A stretch of 64,000 bases of DNA from Nitrosopumilaceae archaeon (GCA_965207375.1 CBDBMG010000003.1:544001-608000); one strand, 5' to 3'; positions 1 to 14,356 are shown, counted from the stretch's first letter. Translations and numbers: made by a program. The notes: generated by a model from the letters alone, not told the origin.

Positions 1-17
1 AAGGTAAGTAGTGGCCA

Positions 18-3000
18 TTAAAATAAGAACTGACCTAAAGCTATTAAATTCCTATCAGAGTTCCAGGAGAAGGCAAAACAGTTACTCTGCCTGAAGTATG
101 CTTTAACAATGTTGTCACCACCACCATCTCCGGTAATCCAACTGGAGATGTTTCCATCATCATCATCTCCAGTAACCCAACTGGTAGGTGTATTGATAAC
201 CTTCACACCTCCTCCTTGTGATTCAAAGTTTGAATAACTGGACAAATACAATATTTAGTTAAAGATAAAATAGCTAGCTATATGCTTCCCACCAGTGGAC
301 CAACTTTTCTGCAAATTTCTGCTAGTAGAGCTGTAGCTACTATAGCTACGTAGTATAGCTACTTCTATATTTTTGATAAAACTGGAACTGTTCTTTTAGT
401 GTATGTCACTGAGAGATAATGTGTAATTATTAAAGAATACAGTGGAACCTGTTAATCAGGACACTTGAAAATGTGGACACCTGCATAATCTGAACACCTA
501 GCTGTGGTCCCAAATGGTGCTTTATCATATAAACTGACCTTGAAAATCAGGACACCTTTGGTTGGTCCCAAGGCGTCCATAATACACAGGTTCCACTGTA
601 TGATGTAATGATTATAGAATTACTTTACATCAATCTCTAATAGGACAGTCATTTAGTAACCAAAAGATAAGCTAAAAATTCTTCTCCTCCAAGCGATACA
701 AATTGAATGTCAGTTACCACCTTGCATAATAGAAAACAGTTAAAAATCATATACAAGTTTGTAGCTACATGACTACAAAAGTATTTAATGTGACCTATAA
801 TAATCTATTATACGTACGTAGCTAACTAACTATATAGCCAGTGCTCAGCGGTAGCCACATCACTAGAGACACAAGACTAGCAAAGATGGAGGGGAAGGTA
901 GAGTGGTGGGGTGGAGGATTACATAATATAATAGGTTGTGGCCTCAGTAGACATACGTATTTATTGTTTGTAAGTGTATATCTTCTTATTAACAACCCTT
1001 AAGAGTCCCACAGGTTGCATATGCATTTTTACAATCATAAGCCAGATTTGAGCAGTGACCATCTACTGCTGTTTCATGATCTATATAAGGAAAGTGCAAT
1101 ATAAAGTGATTTTTGTGCTAAAGCTGATTTTTATTCCATGTCACAAAATTAGCTACGTACTAAAAACCAGTAGCTAAATACACAAGTGTAAAGCGCTATG
1201 TGTTTGCACACTCCATGCATACCTACATTTGGGGCATACATTGAAGGTCCTCTAAAATGCACAGTCAATGGTTTATCAGATATATGGTCTCCACAAATTG
1301 TTACAGCACTTGAGGAAATTGATTGTACTGTAAAATAGCACACAGAAAGAGTTTGATTACATTAGTAGCTATGTATGACTCACTGATCATTTTAACCATG
1401 AGTAGCCAACAGTGTACCTGCTGGATTGATCTGTAAAAAAGAATAAATTTGATTTTTAGTTCTGAATGAGATAAATAAGTAAGTTAGAAACCTGTGTTTA
1501 CTGAAGGTAATTGATCAAAGAAAATGAAAGATTTGTGCACATCACATGCTGATAACTTCTCAACAATGCAAGCCTATATCAAGACTCAAGATAGTGAGTC
1601 GCGAGGCCAAGAAGAAGCAGCCGTACGCGACGAATGAGTAAGTTATTTACACGTAGCACCGCTCTGAAATTTGAAAACGCTGTAACTAAGCCACCACGAC
1701 AACTATCGCCTAGTTATTCAGGACTCAGAATGTTCTAACCATATAGAATTAGTAACCCGACAATGGAGGAAATCGGCGCCACCAATCCTAAGTACCAGCC
1801 ATTGCGAGTTTTATGGCACCCGTTCGTGCCCCCACGCTCGAAAAACCATCCCCTTGGCACCTACTTACTCGTTTACTAAACAAATAGTACCTTCAATGTA
1901 TGAAGAATCATTGACCTGAATTCGTTTGATATCCATGACACGAGTTTTCCGTACGCGCCTTATAAACTCCTTTTTGTAATCAAAAATATTTTAGGCGCCC
2001 GTCGTTTTTTTTTCTTTCTTCTTCTTTCTTTCATTTTCATCGCACACTTTTTGTGCGCTTGCGCGTGAATTCCGGAATTTCTATTTGAAACACTCACACT
2101 TATTTGTCTAATAACTCACTCATTTCTGCATGGATTTCAACCAAATTTGTATCAACACTTCTCCTATGTATGCTCTACCAGACAAGCAACTTTCAGCATA
2201 AAGCAAATACCTCAATGTATTTGAGAGATACTTTTACACTGCATGTTGATAGTTTCCATAACTTGGACCCCCTCTAAATCATTTGAATAAAATTTCAGGT
2301 ACACAAACTATAATGATATATGAATCTTCAGGATAAGTTTAAAGAAATTGTGACACTTCAGTTTGTCAAAATTAGCCTTTAATGATCATTTATGCTTATG
2401 TGCCATGCAATATAATTATACCAAACAACACGAGGTGAACAGTGGCCACACATTATAAATAGGAGACCACTGTCCTGTTGGCATGCACAAAATTTATCTA
2501 TAGCATTATAATATATCTTCTCCTGTAGATCAATCAACAGTACAGGACATGATGGCAATGATGTAGCCTTCATTGAGGTTCTCAACTGTTCTCCACCTAT
2601 ATACATAGCTAACAATTATAGTAATACATACTTTATATGTTCATTAGCTACTTGGGGGAAATACAAGCCGGGGAAACACCTAAAGTATTAACTTCCAGCT
2701 CCTCTCCCCTTTAAAATTTTATTACTCTGCATACTTCATATAAGATTTCTTGTCAGGACTTGTTTATAATTGTGATCTATATACAAAAAGCAGTGATATG
2801 CTAAACAAAAACAGCCTGGCTGTAAAAAAAGTGCGAGGCCAATCAGAAGCCACAATGGCTATAAGCGACCAAAATCTCTGATATCAAGTAAGGCCAAGAA
2901 GTTGAACATTTTATTAAGAATCCTTTTACTTGAATGACATACAATAGTTTACAGGGCATTTTCACAACTATGATTGGCTTTGTCACTTGGCCACCTTTTT

Positions 3001-5150
3001 GTACTATCATCTTTTATAAGGTGGTCAAGTGACAAAGCCAATCATAGTTGTGAAAATGCCCTGTAAACTATTGTATGTCATTCAAGTAAAAGGATTCTTA
3101 ATAAAATGTTCAACTTCTTGGCCTTACTTGATATCAGAGATTTTGGTCGCTTATAGCCATTGTGGCTTCTGATTGGCCTCGCACTTTTTTTACAGCCAGG
3201 CTGTTTTTGTTTAGCATAATTATATACATAGTACATAGCTACTAAGTAAAGTTAATACAGCTAAGTGAAAGATTTTATAGAAATTTTAAACAATCTTTCA
3301 CTGTTGCGTTTGTTTGGTAAAGTGACCCCTCTGCTGGTTTTGTGGACTAATCGTCCAGTTATTGTAGACTACTCTCAAGCCAACTTGCATATCATTTCTT
3401 TAGTGTGTATCTTTTTGTGATTTGGGCGAGCTATTTATTCATTTGTCTTTTAACTTTCTGGTGCTGCCATGGGTTAATCACTAATTCACCAACCATACAC
3501 TTACTTGAGCGACCCACTGCAATAATTTTGCCCAAACTTTTGTCATGAAGGCTAAATTATGTTTACTAACTTAATAAAACCATCACAGAAAGAGTGTAGG
3601 TTTTATGCAATTTGTAGAACCTTGGGGCAATTTGGTCTTGCCTACCTACGTACATATTGCCTGCAGCCTCAGTAATTAATCGTGTGGGTACACTCATCCA
3701 AATAGGCCATGTGTCTCTAAATTGCATAGAAACTTTGCTTCCGTGTGTAACTTCAGTGAAAACACCTTTGATGATAAAACTGATAAAATATTACTATAGA
3801 AATAAACAGCAAACTGATGTAGCTAATATTATCATTCAAAAATCATTCCTTGTGAGGTTTCATGCATGGCAACAAGCTATTTCTAAACATTGACTCATCA
3901 ACTTACTGCTATAGCTTTTGATCGTCCATAAAAGCAGAGGATTATTGGAGACTTTGAGTCCAGTAATCTTGGAATACTAGAATAAACTAACCTAGCAATA
4001 AAGGACCAATGAATCAATACTTTGCTCTATAAACTGTGTATGTATTAGGGTTGAAACGAGGTCAAAAATGTTGATTCTAATAACCCGCTGACCCATTGGC
4101 TTAGACCTGGTGAGCCGGATTATATTTACAATACAAATTAGGAGAAAGTCAATATTCTCTAATATAACAGTCAGTAGTATTACAGATGATTGCTATATTA
4201 GACAGTATTATAACCCCTGGTCAATTCAGATTTTTTGAGCTTCACCTAGTGATCCGCATGACTTGCCAAAAAAGTAACCCATCTGACCTGGATGTACAGA
4301 TTGACCTGTTCAACTCTGGTGTGTGTATGTGTGTGCGTGCGTGTGCGTGTGTGCGCATTTCTGTATGTGTACGTGTGTGTGTCCAGGAACAAAACAGAGT
4401 GTCATTAAATATTTGAAGGCATGGCTGTACCCTCCAAGACATTATACAGTTTATTTCAGGACCATTATTACTGACTAATGTATCAACTGCATGTGCTTAC
4501 CTTTTACACTGTGTCAATCCAAAATGTTGATACTCCCTAAGTATCAGTAACTTAGTCATGTCAACACCACCATCATTACAGGCTGGTTGCCGTAGCTTCT
4601 CCAACAATGGACAATGTGACATTTCAATAGTCACTGCTAAATTTGAACTATCCACTGGCTGCTGTGTTTTCTTCTTCCCCTTGTTGTTTGATTTGACCTT
4701 AAGTTGATGTTTAGCCTTGTTGGTTAGTGAAACACCAGATGGTGACTGAGCTGGATTGCTTGTGATACGATAGTAGCGATTCTTTTCCTGGTCATACCAA
4801 AAACCAGGTATTTCTATAAAAGGTAATAACACAATATATCCTGCCGTACGACCTCTAAACATAAATATGAATTGATTTGTTTAAATATTGACATCATCAT
4901 ATACTGTAATAGAGGGCACACCAAGTTAGTCCCAAATACTCTAATAGAAGATACACCACGATACGGGGTATGTATACACACTGTACACATAATTCAACAC
5001 AATTTGTAGATAGAAAGTTAAACCAAGCTGAAGAGTGTGCGAGTGTACATCTAAACAAGTTATATTACAACACAAGCTATAGCAAGAGCTCTAGAGGGCG
5101 GTAACTTACAGCACGTGAGCATGGCTACATGCTCAGTTTATCTCACCCAT
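18..5150 (-). CDS. DCAF4: DCAF4-like WD40 protein, 5' portion (multi-exon, continues off the window)
   Basis: Micro-exon ATGG (5150-5147, donor gtgag) splices to exon 4813-4501 to give MEIPGFWYDQEKNRYYRI, matching the DCAF4 N-terminal motif (PGFYFDPEKKRYFRL). A phase-compatible exon follows at about 3991-3907. WD-like exons lie near 1230-1330, 660-722 and 35-240 (CFAFSWNSDRNLIALG). Internal exon boundaries are only partly resolved. Confidence 0.65.
440..598. mobile_element. Tc1/mariner-type (Tigger-like) MITE
   Basis: TIRs CAGTGGAACC...GGTTCCACTG flanked by TA on both sides. Confidence 0.75.
1579..3216 (+). mobile_element. Non-autonomous element family A (5' TC plus small hairpin, ~420-bp terminal palindrome), in a DCAF4-like intron
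   Basis: Starts TCAAGACTCAAGATAGTGAGTC and ends in an inverted repeat at 2797-3218. Further copies at 23961-31522 and 50582-52047, and a diverged copy at about 41900-43665. Confidence 0.75.
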
Positions 5151-5243
5151 TATTGATGCCAGCAGATATTACAAGAGTCCTTTTATTCAGTCTCCTCAGC
5201 CCTTATACGAGTGTCCTTCCTTCCATGTATCTCTCCGTATATA

Positions 5244-6077
5244 ATTGGGGCGAGCCTTAGCGAGCCCCACCATGTGAGATCAACAGTGAAATCTGTCTTC
5301 TTGCTTGCTTGCTTGCTTGCTTGCTTGAAGCCTTACCATATATGGCTAAAAGCTTGTTTAAATGTAAACCAACACTACATCAAGTACATTGAGTGCTAAT
5401 TACCATTACATCAAACACGTGAAGTGCTAACCATAGCATGCGCCATTAAGTGCTAACCATATATAGCATGGGTTATACCATTCAAGTGCTAACCATAACT
5501 TATTCACCACAATGTATGAATAGAACTTTCTAATCAAGGAAATGGAAAGCTTAGCAGGTCAAGTTTGTATTTGTATGAAACAATAGTGAAGCTGATCATT
5601 TGATTTTAGGCCTGTTAGGATTGTAATATAGCACTGCAATGGGTAGACAGATACATTTAAAATGACTATATTATTCAGTTATAAGAAACAAATCTTCCTC
5701 TACACTTTGTTGAAAGCCTCACTATTTTACTCTGGTAGCTACCACCATGTGCTTATTGTTTATTGCAGTTTGTTATAATGTTATAAAAAAGTAACTATTT
5801 AAGTGACATACTATTATTTCAGTGTACAGAGCTACTTGGCTTGTCACACACATGTACCACTGTAATTGCTCTACTGTTTAGCTATATCCCAGCTTTCATG
5901 ACATACCAGTACAAGTTTCTAAGATATCATTGACTAGCCGTACTGTTGCTCGTACACTGAGAATGTACAATGTAGCTATTGTGCTTATTATTGCATGTAA
6001 GGTCATCAGTGGTAAGTGTATACATACCATCTATCATAGCACCAGGCTCGCCCCACAATGCCATGCATTTCACCTAG
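5244..6077 (+). mobile_element. Helentron/Helitron2-like non-autonomous element (HINE-type)
   Basis: 5' TTGGGGCGAGCC, subterminal inverted GGCTCGCCCCA, 3' hairpin AATGC-CAT-GCATT, ends CTAG|T. Near-identical to 6351-7102. Confidence 0.7.
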
Positions 6078-6350
6078 TTACGGCCGACTTCCATAAAGGA
6101 AAATGTGCCTGTGGTGATGTTTCTCCTAGAACAAGATTTTTACGCATCCTATACATCTACGCAGAACAAAGGAACATCATCGGTCGTGCCACCACAGTAA
6201 ATCAAAGCCATGTTTAATAACGTCTCGCGCAAAGTTACGTTATTTTTATGAATAATTGCATTCCATTTGCACAGGTGCCGTATACTAGAGTCACCAGACC
6301 CTTATTCTATTACAAGGGTCTGGCCACGCGAGACTAAGTACCAAGAGTTA

Positions 6351-7102
6351 ATTGGGGCGAGCCTTAGCGAGCCCCACCATATGAGATCAACAGTGAAATC
6401 TGTCTTCTTGCTTGCTTGCTTGCTTGCATGCTTGAAGCCTTCCATATATGGCTAAAAACTTGTTCAAGTGCAAACAAACACTACATCAAGTACATGGAGT
6501 GCTAGCCACATTACATCAAACACGTGGAGTGCTAACCATAGCATGCGCCATTAAATGTTAACCACAGCATGGGTATATACCATTCAAGTGCTAACCATAA
6601 CTTATTAACCACAATGTATGAATAAAACTTTCTAATCAAGGTAATAGAAAGTTTGTATTTGTATGAAACAATAGTGAAGCTGATCATTTGATTTTAGGCC
6701 TGTTTAGATTGTAATATAGCGCTGCAATGGTTAGACAGATACATTGAAAAACATTGGCTATCTACACAATATAGATGACTATTAGATGTTATTCAGTTAC
6801 AAGAAAAAAATCTTCCTCTACACTTTGTTGAATGGACCTGAGATCCTCACTATTTAACTTTTACAGAACTGGTACCACCACGTACTTATTGCTTATTGCA
6901 GCTTTCATGACATATCGGTACAAGTTTCTAAGATACCATTGACCTGTTCATGTAGCCGCACTGTTGCTTGTATACACTGAGAACATACGATGTATTGTGC
7001 TTATCAGTAATTATTATTGCATGTAAGGTCATCAGTGGTAAGTGTATACATCCATCTATCATAGCACCAGGCTCGCCCCACAATGCTATGCATTTCACCT
7101 AG
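6351..7102 (+). mobile_element. Helentron/Helitron2-like non-autonomous element (second copy)
   Basis: Same termini and internal sequence as 5244-6077. Ends about 60 nt upstream of the eIF3f-like ATG. Confidence 0.7.
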
Positions 7103-7164
7103 TTAGGATACTACCGAGTTACAAAATCCTTGCAGCACGCTATGCGTGGCGTTATTTAGAAGCA

Positions 7165-8500
7165 ATGGATGCAATAGATTTGGTGGTACAAATCCACCCT
7201 GTGGCATTATTTACTATTGTTGGAGGATATGAGCGACGACCAGACAACCCCGACAAGACTCCGCAGAAGCGGATTATTGGTACTGTACTGGGGGCACGCG
7301 AGAGGAACACCTTGGAAGTGACAACAGCGTTTACTGTCCCCCATAATGAGATAACAGATGAAGTGAGAATGTTTCTAACAGTAAATACGTGTACTTCAAT
7401 AGCCTACCCTTCCAAGGGAAAGTAGTTGGTCTAAATGTAACATGCTGCAGCAAAATTTGAGATATTTCATCCCTTGGCTCTTGGCCTTTATAAAAGGCCC
7501 ATTAGTTTTTGAGAATATCCTAAGAAGATTTTGATAAAGAATTAGCTGATAAGGTGTTTGCAAGTTACAAATATAAATATAAACTTTTTGCTGCCAGCTG
7601 ATATTATTAAATGGCTAGCCATATTAGCGTGTTCCCCCTGGTGGGCTTTGCTATTTATATATATATATATATATAATATAAAATAATATTAATATGCACA
7701 TAATGATTTACATTGCTGCTTCAGGTAGTCTGGCATCACCGACCCTTTTATGCGCCTACTGAATTACAGGATCTGGTCTGCTCTGTTTAACGCACTTGTA
7801 CTGGATTACCAAAATCTGGTGCAACCAATCAAAATGCTTTGTAACCAACTGACCACATTCCTACCATACAAATGTATTCTTTTTAAAATTGCATTCTGCC
7901 AGAACAACTATGCTATACAGAGCAGACCAGACCCTTTTATTTTTCAGTAGACACATGAAAGGGTCGGCGATGCCATACTAGCTTCAGGTTGGTCTGACAT
8001 CTTGTTTGCAGCAAGGCTGTTTTGTTTAACATTTATATATTCTTCCAGGTAGTACAAGCACCCATAATCTGTTAGTGCAAATACAAATACTGTATACACG
8101 GTAATTTTCGAGCATCTTATATTTCGCGGAAGGTAAGCCTGAAAGGATTTTTGTGTTTTACTTTTCACTGAACCATTGCTTAGTTGTACTTATCATAATG
8201 GTTGAAAATTGTCCGGACATTTATTTTCCTATTGTAAATTTATTGACTTCCCCATTGATAATGTATAGTAAATTTGTCTGGTCAAATTAATTTGGTCAAT
8301 CAAATGCCATAGTTAGCCGATGACTGGCTGTTGTCACAAGCTCTGATTTTCACTGTCAGGTTTGCAACAGGCGTTGAGATCACGGAGCACTCTAAACTCA
8401 TCCATGACTACTACAATCGTATTTCTGATGGATCGGCCATACACATCACCGTGGATACCAGCCTACAAAATGACCGAATGGACATCAACAGTTACATTGG
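7165..8500 (+). CDS. EIF3F: eIF3 subunit F-like (MPN domain), partial: exons 7165-7362 and 8360-8500
   Basis: Exon 1 reads [25 protein letters not shown]...RIIGTVLG...[17 protein letters not shown]|gt. The second exon reads ag|(W)[20 protein letters not shown]...[21 protein letters not shown]|gt. Both match eIF3f. The intervening and downstream exons were not found. Confidence 0.8.
7726..7980. mobile_element. hAT-type MITE
   Basis: TIRs TAGTCTGGCATCACCGACCCTTT / AAAGGGTCGGCGATGCCATACTA, with 8-bp TSD GCTTCAGG (7718-7725, 7981-7988). Confidence 0.85.
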
Positions 8501-10229
8501 GTATGTGATTGTGTGTGGGTAGTGATGAGCATTTGTTACAGTTTTACAAGTGATATGCTTGTTGATGTGCTAGTAATCTTGAACTGTTCATCTTCATAAG
8601 ATTATTATACTAGTGATTCCACAATTTATATTGTGATAATCACGATATCTTAAGTTTATATCATGATAATCACGATATGCATAATAAATAAAAAGTTAGC
8701 TGGATACGTACGTATTTACTTTTATAACTTCACCAATAATTTTGTAACAAAAGCATATCCTCACAATATGTATAAATTATGTTTGCAATACTAGCATTAT
8801 AGAATTTTTATATCAGTACATCACGATTATTGTGACATCACTATAACACAAATTATTTGTCATGTGGTCTTACCAGCAAATAAAATACACATGTGTGTAT
8901 CATGTATTGTCAACAAATGATTCCTTAATAATGCCCTGTTACTTACACTACAGAAGATGGATCAATATTATTATTATAGATATATTGCTCCCAAGAGGAT
9001 GTGCCCAGGTTTAGAGTGGTGGTTACATAAAGGGGCTTTAAACTTCTGAAACTCAATATCTATGCTCGAATTGTGTCTAGGATTCCTTGTAGACACTTGG
9101 TTTTGTGTAAAGTGGCTAGCAAGACTAAGCATTCTGATATTTTAGTACTGGTCAGTGAGTTTTTAGTGGTAGTCATTTTATCTGTATCTGAGTGTTGGTT
9201 ATTTTGTCTGAGTGGTGGTCGGTCAACCACTGTGGGGCAGATCCCTGAAGATGTTACACGATACACATGTTATTAAGGTGCATGCAAAATAAATACAAGT
9301 AATTTATAATGCTTCTACCTACTAAGTTAACCTCACCATCACAGCCAATGTCTTCCTTAAGTAATAAGCCTCAATTATACACTGGCAATATCATACATCA
9401 CCAGAAAAGGACCACAGTTGCTGTTATAAGGCAAAAGGCTGTAACTACATGCATAGTGATGTACATGTGTACTTTCAGCCGTGGAGCACAAAAGTTAAAC
9501 AGCAAAAATGTATACCGCAAAAAGTAAACGGGAAAGACCAATCACAAAAGTTTAACAAGGGAAAATTTTGACGAATTGATTGTGATTGTGGGTTTCAAAG
9601 GAGAAGCATTAAGAGAAGATTGTTGGTAGGAAAAACTGTGACGAATCGCTAGCCGTTCGTCAAAATTATCAATAGCTTTCCACCGTCAAACTTTTGCGCT
9701 ATAAATCGTTAAATTTTTGGCCAGGAAATTACAAGTCTCGAGATTGAATGGAAAACTTGCCAATATATATGCACATATGTCTGTACCATAGGAATATAAC
9801 TAAGGTAATTATACAGGATCTCACAGGAGTGTCTATCAGAAAAGTTTATTATGTATGCAATGAATACAGTTGGTTTCTACCACTATTTTTATCATTGAAT
9901 TTCCTCATGTGTTACTGACCTTGTTGTTGTAAAGTGAATGTGTACAAGTGATAAATAATGGAAATGTAATGTTGAAATTTAAACCCACAATTGATTATTG
10001 TAAGTGCTACTATAAAAGGAACTTGTAAATTTTAATAAAACATCTGCCGCAATATGATAAGCTTTCAATTTATAATTTTTGGAAAGGTTCTTCATAACAA
10101 TGGAAGGACCTTGTTAAAGCAAATCATCTGAAAACCAGCCACTACAAATTTAATCTACTAAGAATATGCAATGACGTTGTGAGGAAGTCACAAAACTGAA
10201 AACTCATTGCTAAGAAACACATAGTTATA

Positions 10230-10620
10230 TTTTTTATTAAATCTTACAAATCCTCATTTAAACATTTTAATATCAATGATTATATAAAATTCAGTGAGTC
10301 TAATACAAGATCTGGTACTTCATCTAAAATGATACATCACAGAAGCTCCTCCAATATTTCCCATAATTCATATTTTTTGTAGACTGCCACGCCTTTGGAA
10401 CTCTTTACCCCCAATAGACCTAACACTTCCCATCCCTACAATTAAACATAAATTATTTATTTTTTTATGGAACCATTTTACCAAATACTTCAACGAGAAC
10501 TCGGTCTGCACTTTTCATTATTACTGCCCCTGCTGTCACTGTCGATGTTCAGGTACAAGACCACCACCACTTAACTGACTACCACTTCCCCCTATTAATT
10601 GTAATCCCTTTTAATAACTA
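10230..10620 (+). mobile_element. Degenerate LINE (CR1/L2-like) 3' fragment
   Basis: Encodes HNSYFFCRLPRLWNSLPPIDL, typical of the ORF2 C-terminus. Confidence 0.55.
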
Positions 10621-12199
10621 CTTAATTATATACTCTAATTAGTTATATTTTTGAGTCATTAGCAGGACTTGCTAATGGCTCTCAGTGCATAACTTTTCTG
10701 TGTCCTAGCTATAATTATGTAGCAATAGCCAGATTTTATTGTAATTTACTACACTGTAAAACGATAATAATAATAATAATAATAATAATTATGCTTCTTT
10801 AGAGTTGAAAAATAGGATGTGCGTTTAAGGTCCCCTTTTGCAAATCTGGTGAGAAAAGCTTTCACCATGTTGTTATCCTTGCTGTGAAGTGTAGGCAAGA
10901 TGCAGAGGTCACTGAAATAAAAATTCTCGGACGTTATTCTCAAAGTCTACACTATGTGTAGCATTCCAATTGGTGACTAATGGAAAGTTTTATATGTACA
11001 TTATGAAGTGGTTTATAGTTTTTGAGTTGTAATGAAGTTACGGACTGAAATTTGTGTTCTATTTATTTGGATCAAGGCTTTGACAGGATGTTATGGATCT
11101 CAGCATGAAGGCAGTGCATATGCTAGCTATTGATATCTATAGGTGCGTACTTCTAAAGTAAAAGCAAGCGTTAGTACAAAAGTAGGTTAGTATGGTCTTA
11201 CCAGCAAAAGAAATACACATGCGTGTATCATGTGTGACAAATAATTCTTTAATAATGCCCACCCTAGCAATATTATTGATATATTGCTGCCAAGATGCAG
11301 GATGTGCCCAGGTTTAGGAGAGTGGTGGTTACATAAAGGTGTTTTAAATCTCCGAAACTTAGTGATCTTTAATATCTATGTATGCTCAAATTCCTTGTAA
11401 ACATTTTGTTTTGTGTAAAGTGGCTAGAAAGTCTAAGCATTCTGATATTTTAGTACTGGTCAGTGAGGTTTTGGTGGTGATCATTTTATCTGTATCTGAG
11501 TGATGGTTATTTTGTCTGAGTAGTGGTCGGTCCACCCACTCATGTCCAAGTTTGTCATGAGAATCCACTGTTCTAAAGAGGACATCCCTTTGTCTAATAG
11601 CTATATCTTTAAATGTGTACTTATAAGTTTACCGTGAAAAAATATACTGTCTGTCCTATTGTACCAACCAAGATTCTTCTCTTAATGCTTCTCCTTTGAA
11701 ACCCACAATCAATTCATCAACCTTTCCCTTGTTAAACTTTTGTGAATGGTTTTTACCGTTTAACTTTTGTGCTATACAGTATTGTATGGCTGAAAGTACA
11801 CATGTTATGATTATCACAAAAAGATGAACACAGCATTGATAGCAAAGCATAGGCATTTAAATTTTCAGTAGACTGTATTAATAGACTACTGGTAATATAT
11901 CTGACTCACTCCTTTTATAGAAGCCACCCTTGGTTAGTAGGTGTGCCTAAAATGGCTAAAAGTACGTACTTGTAGACATATCATTCTTGAAAATGCATTA
12001 TATTCAGTATGTATGTACGTAGTTACAGCTCTTTGCCAGATAAAAGTTATAAGGTGCTTTGCATACTATACAATATGCAGTTCAGGCAGTTACTATGTTG
12101 ACAAATTTTTGGCCAGGAAATTACAAGTCTCAAGATCGAATGGAAAAACTTGCCAATATATATGCACATATGTCCGTACCTTAAGAATATAACTATATA

Positions 12200-12876
12200 T
12201 AGTTGGTTTGCGTTCACTGTGCAGTCGCCTTTTCTTTAATAACTTCCGATAGAAACACGCTAGAATAAAAAAAATTTATACTATCGTGAAGCTCGTCAAG
12301 TGCCGGAGAGGATGAAACAAGAAGCGCTTCAGCTGGAGCCAGCGCTTGGGAGTTATGGAGCTTTTAAGTTTTCCCGTACAATTCCTATGGAGAAGCCGTT
12401 TAACTACAATCCTTTGAAGTTACTAAACTGACACATGTTCATGACGTATTTGTGGTAGAGTCACGCCAATATGTCGTCAATAATAATACATTTCATTGCT
12501 AATGGTGAATTATTTGCTCGAAGATACCTCTAAAGGTACAGTAAATATATTCAAACTATAGCGCTATACAGAAGCAACTTAACAATTCGTTTTAATTTTA
12601 ACGTGCGCACTAAAACTTATTTGACCTCGCCATTCCTGGTTTATGTCGATATATGTTTCATTAAAACATACTTGTTATCGCTCCAGAGGCGCTTTTCTTT
12701 CTTTAAAATACTATAGCACGAGTCTTGGTGAAGACGCCATTTTGTAAACGTGAGCTGTTGTGTGCGCATATTACGCATAATTAAATAGTGATGTAGAAAA
12801 CATATGTCCACAACGCTTTGATCTTAAATGGCTTCATTTCATCTAGCTCAATTGCACAGTGAACGCGAACCAACTA
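12200..12876. mobile_element. TIR MITE (TA target)
   Basis: TIRs TAGTTGGTTTGCGTTCACTGTGCA / TGCACAGTGAACGCGAACCAACTA. Absent from the paralogous site near 9800. Confidence 0.8.
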
Positions 12877-13519
12877 TAAGGTAGTTAAACAGGACCTCAC
12901 AGCAGTGTCTATAAGAAAAGTTTATTATGTATGCAATGAATACAGTTGGTTCTTACTGCTATTTTTAAACCAGATGTGCGCCGGCCGCAGGCGGCGCGTG
13001 CCTGGTTTCTCATGAACATGAATCCATACTGTGCTATAAAGCCATACTTCGCAAATTGTTGCCGGCCAAGTTGTTGTGACTGGTGCAAATACTACGCGAC
13101 TCACAGCAGCTGCGAATCCTGGCGAAGCAGCTCGCGATAATTCCCAACCTTTTTGTGAAGTGTACCATACCCTGGTAAGATTTTATTTTGTATGATGGTT
13201 CATCAGTTTCAAGGCATTCTTTGGTATGCAACCCATCAGCATCACCAGTACAGTGCAGTTATTTCACTTTCATTGTTTTCCTTAAAATACAATTGACTAT
13301 GTATTACATCTTTGTGGTGGGGATAATCATCATTCCATAACATAATGCACATACGTACGTAATACTGCACCATGTCTCATGAGTATCATAACATCACTGC
13401 CACTACTGTATGTTTGAACTCTTTAACTGGTTAAATGTTGACAATGTGAGATAATAACATTGATAAGATGTGTAGTTATCTGTGCATTATTGTATACATA
13501 GCAAAAGAGGTGGAACAAA

Positions 13520-13630
13520 ACCACAATTACTTTGTACAAGAGTTTGCTAAATATTTATACGTATATATGTGTACATTTACCCTTACAATTTTTGGAAGAT
13601 CTTTTGCAAATGAAATAAAAGGAACCTATA
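13520..13630 (+). ncRNA. Putative Sm-class small RNA gene, type III (degenerate)
   Basis: CCACAATTAC upstream motif and Sm-like AATTTTTGGA at 13587. The TATA box is deleted and the 3' hairpin is weak. Confidence 0.3.
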
Positions 13631-14356
13631 TATGTACATACATTCATACAGTGCTTGAAATAAGCAGTAAAATATTCTAAGACAGATTGTCTGAACAAAA
13701 GTGATTTTGATCAGACATTTATGTAATTTGTTAAGACAGCAACATCCTACCAGATCCGTTAAAATTTAAACCAGTTAGTATTAACATGTCCATGTATTGA
13801 ACAGTGTTGAGGACTGATGATTCTGACAGTCAGTTTAAGGATGAGTGGTTTCTGCTTGGACATTTTGTCGGACCGAAACCAAAATTATTCAGACAAATGT
13901 CAATTTTGGTCAGAAAATGTCCAATGTCCGACCACTATTTCAAGCACTGTACGTACTTAAGTATAGTGTATAATGCTTTAACATATGTACACAAAGCATT
14001 GCTACGTAATTTACACCGGCTTTATACTCCAGTACTTCAGTGATAAAGCTGATGTAATATTATAGGACAGTTAACTTGCCATCAATACTACGTATGGATG
14101 GGTGGGGACTTAAATAGTAATGAAGTGCGTTATGAGTTACTGCAATAGAAGAGCAAGGTAATTCTGTATTTGCTGTTTATTCCTTGGTAAAAGTTGTTTA
14201 ACTACTAACAAGATGGAGTGCTTCAGTTTTTAAAGTGGGCGTGCCATGTGGGTTACAAAGTTGCTACGTATACAAAGAAACTGAAAGCAGTAGGACTTTT
14301 TTGATAGGCTATTCAGCCTTCATTTCACATGAATGGTGTTTAATAGCCTAGGAGGT

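Larger units (their letters stand above)
8865..12965 (+). repeat. Local tandem duplication (about 8865-9890 vs 11190-12965)
   Basis: Shared blocks GGTCTTACCAGCAAA..., AAGCATTCTGATATTTTAGTACTGG... and TTTTGGCCAGGAAATTACAAGTCTC... occur in both copies. Confidence 0.75.

Noticed and set aside
7522-7600. [16 protein letters not shown] as the missing eIF3f exon 2
   Set aside because: The resemblance is only vague, and there is no suitable phase-2 donor before the stop.
13190-13215. CTGATGA on the minus strand as a hammerhead ribozyme core
   Set aside because: No stem II plus GAAA arrangement follows it.
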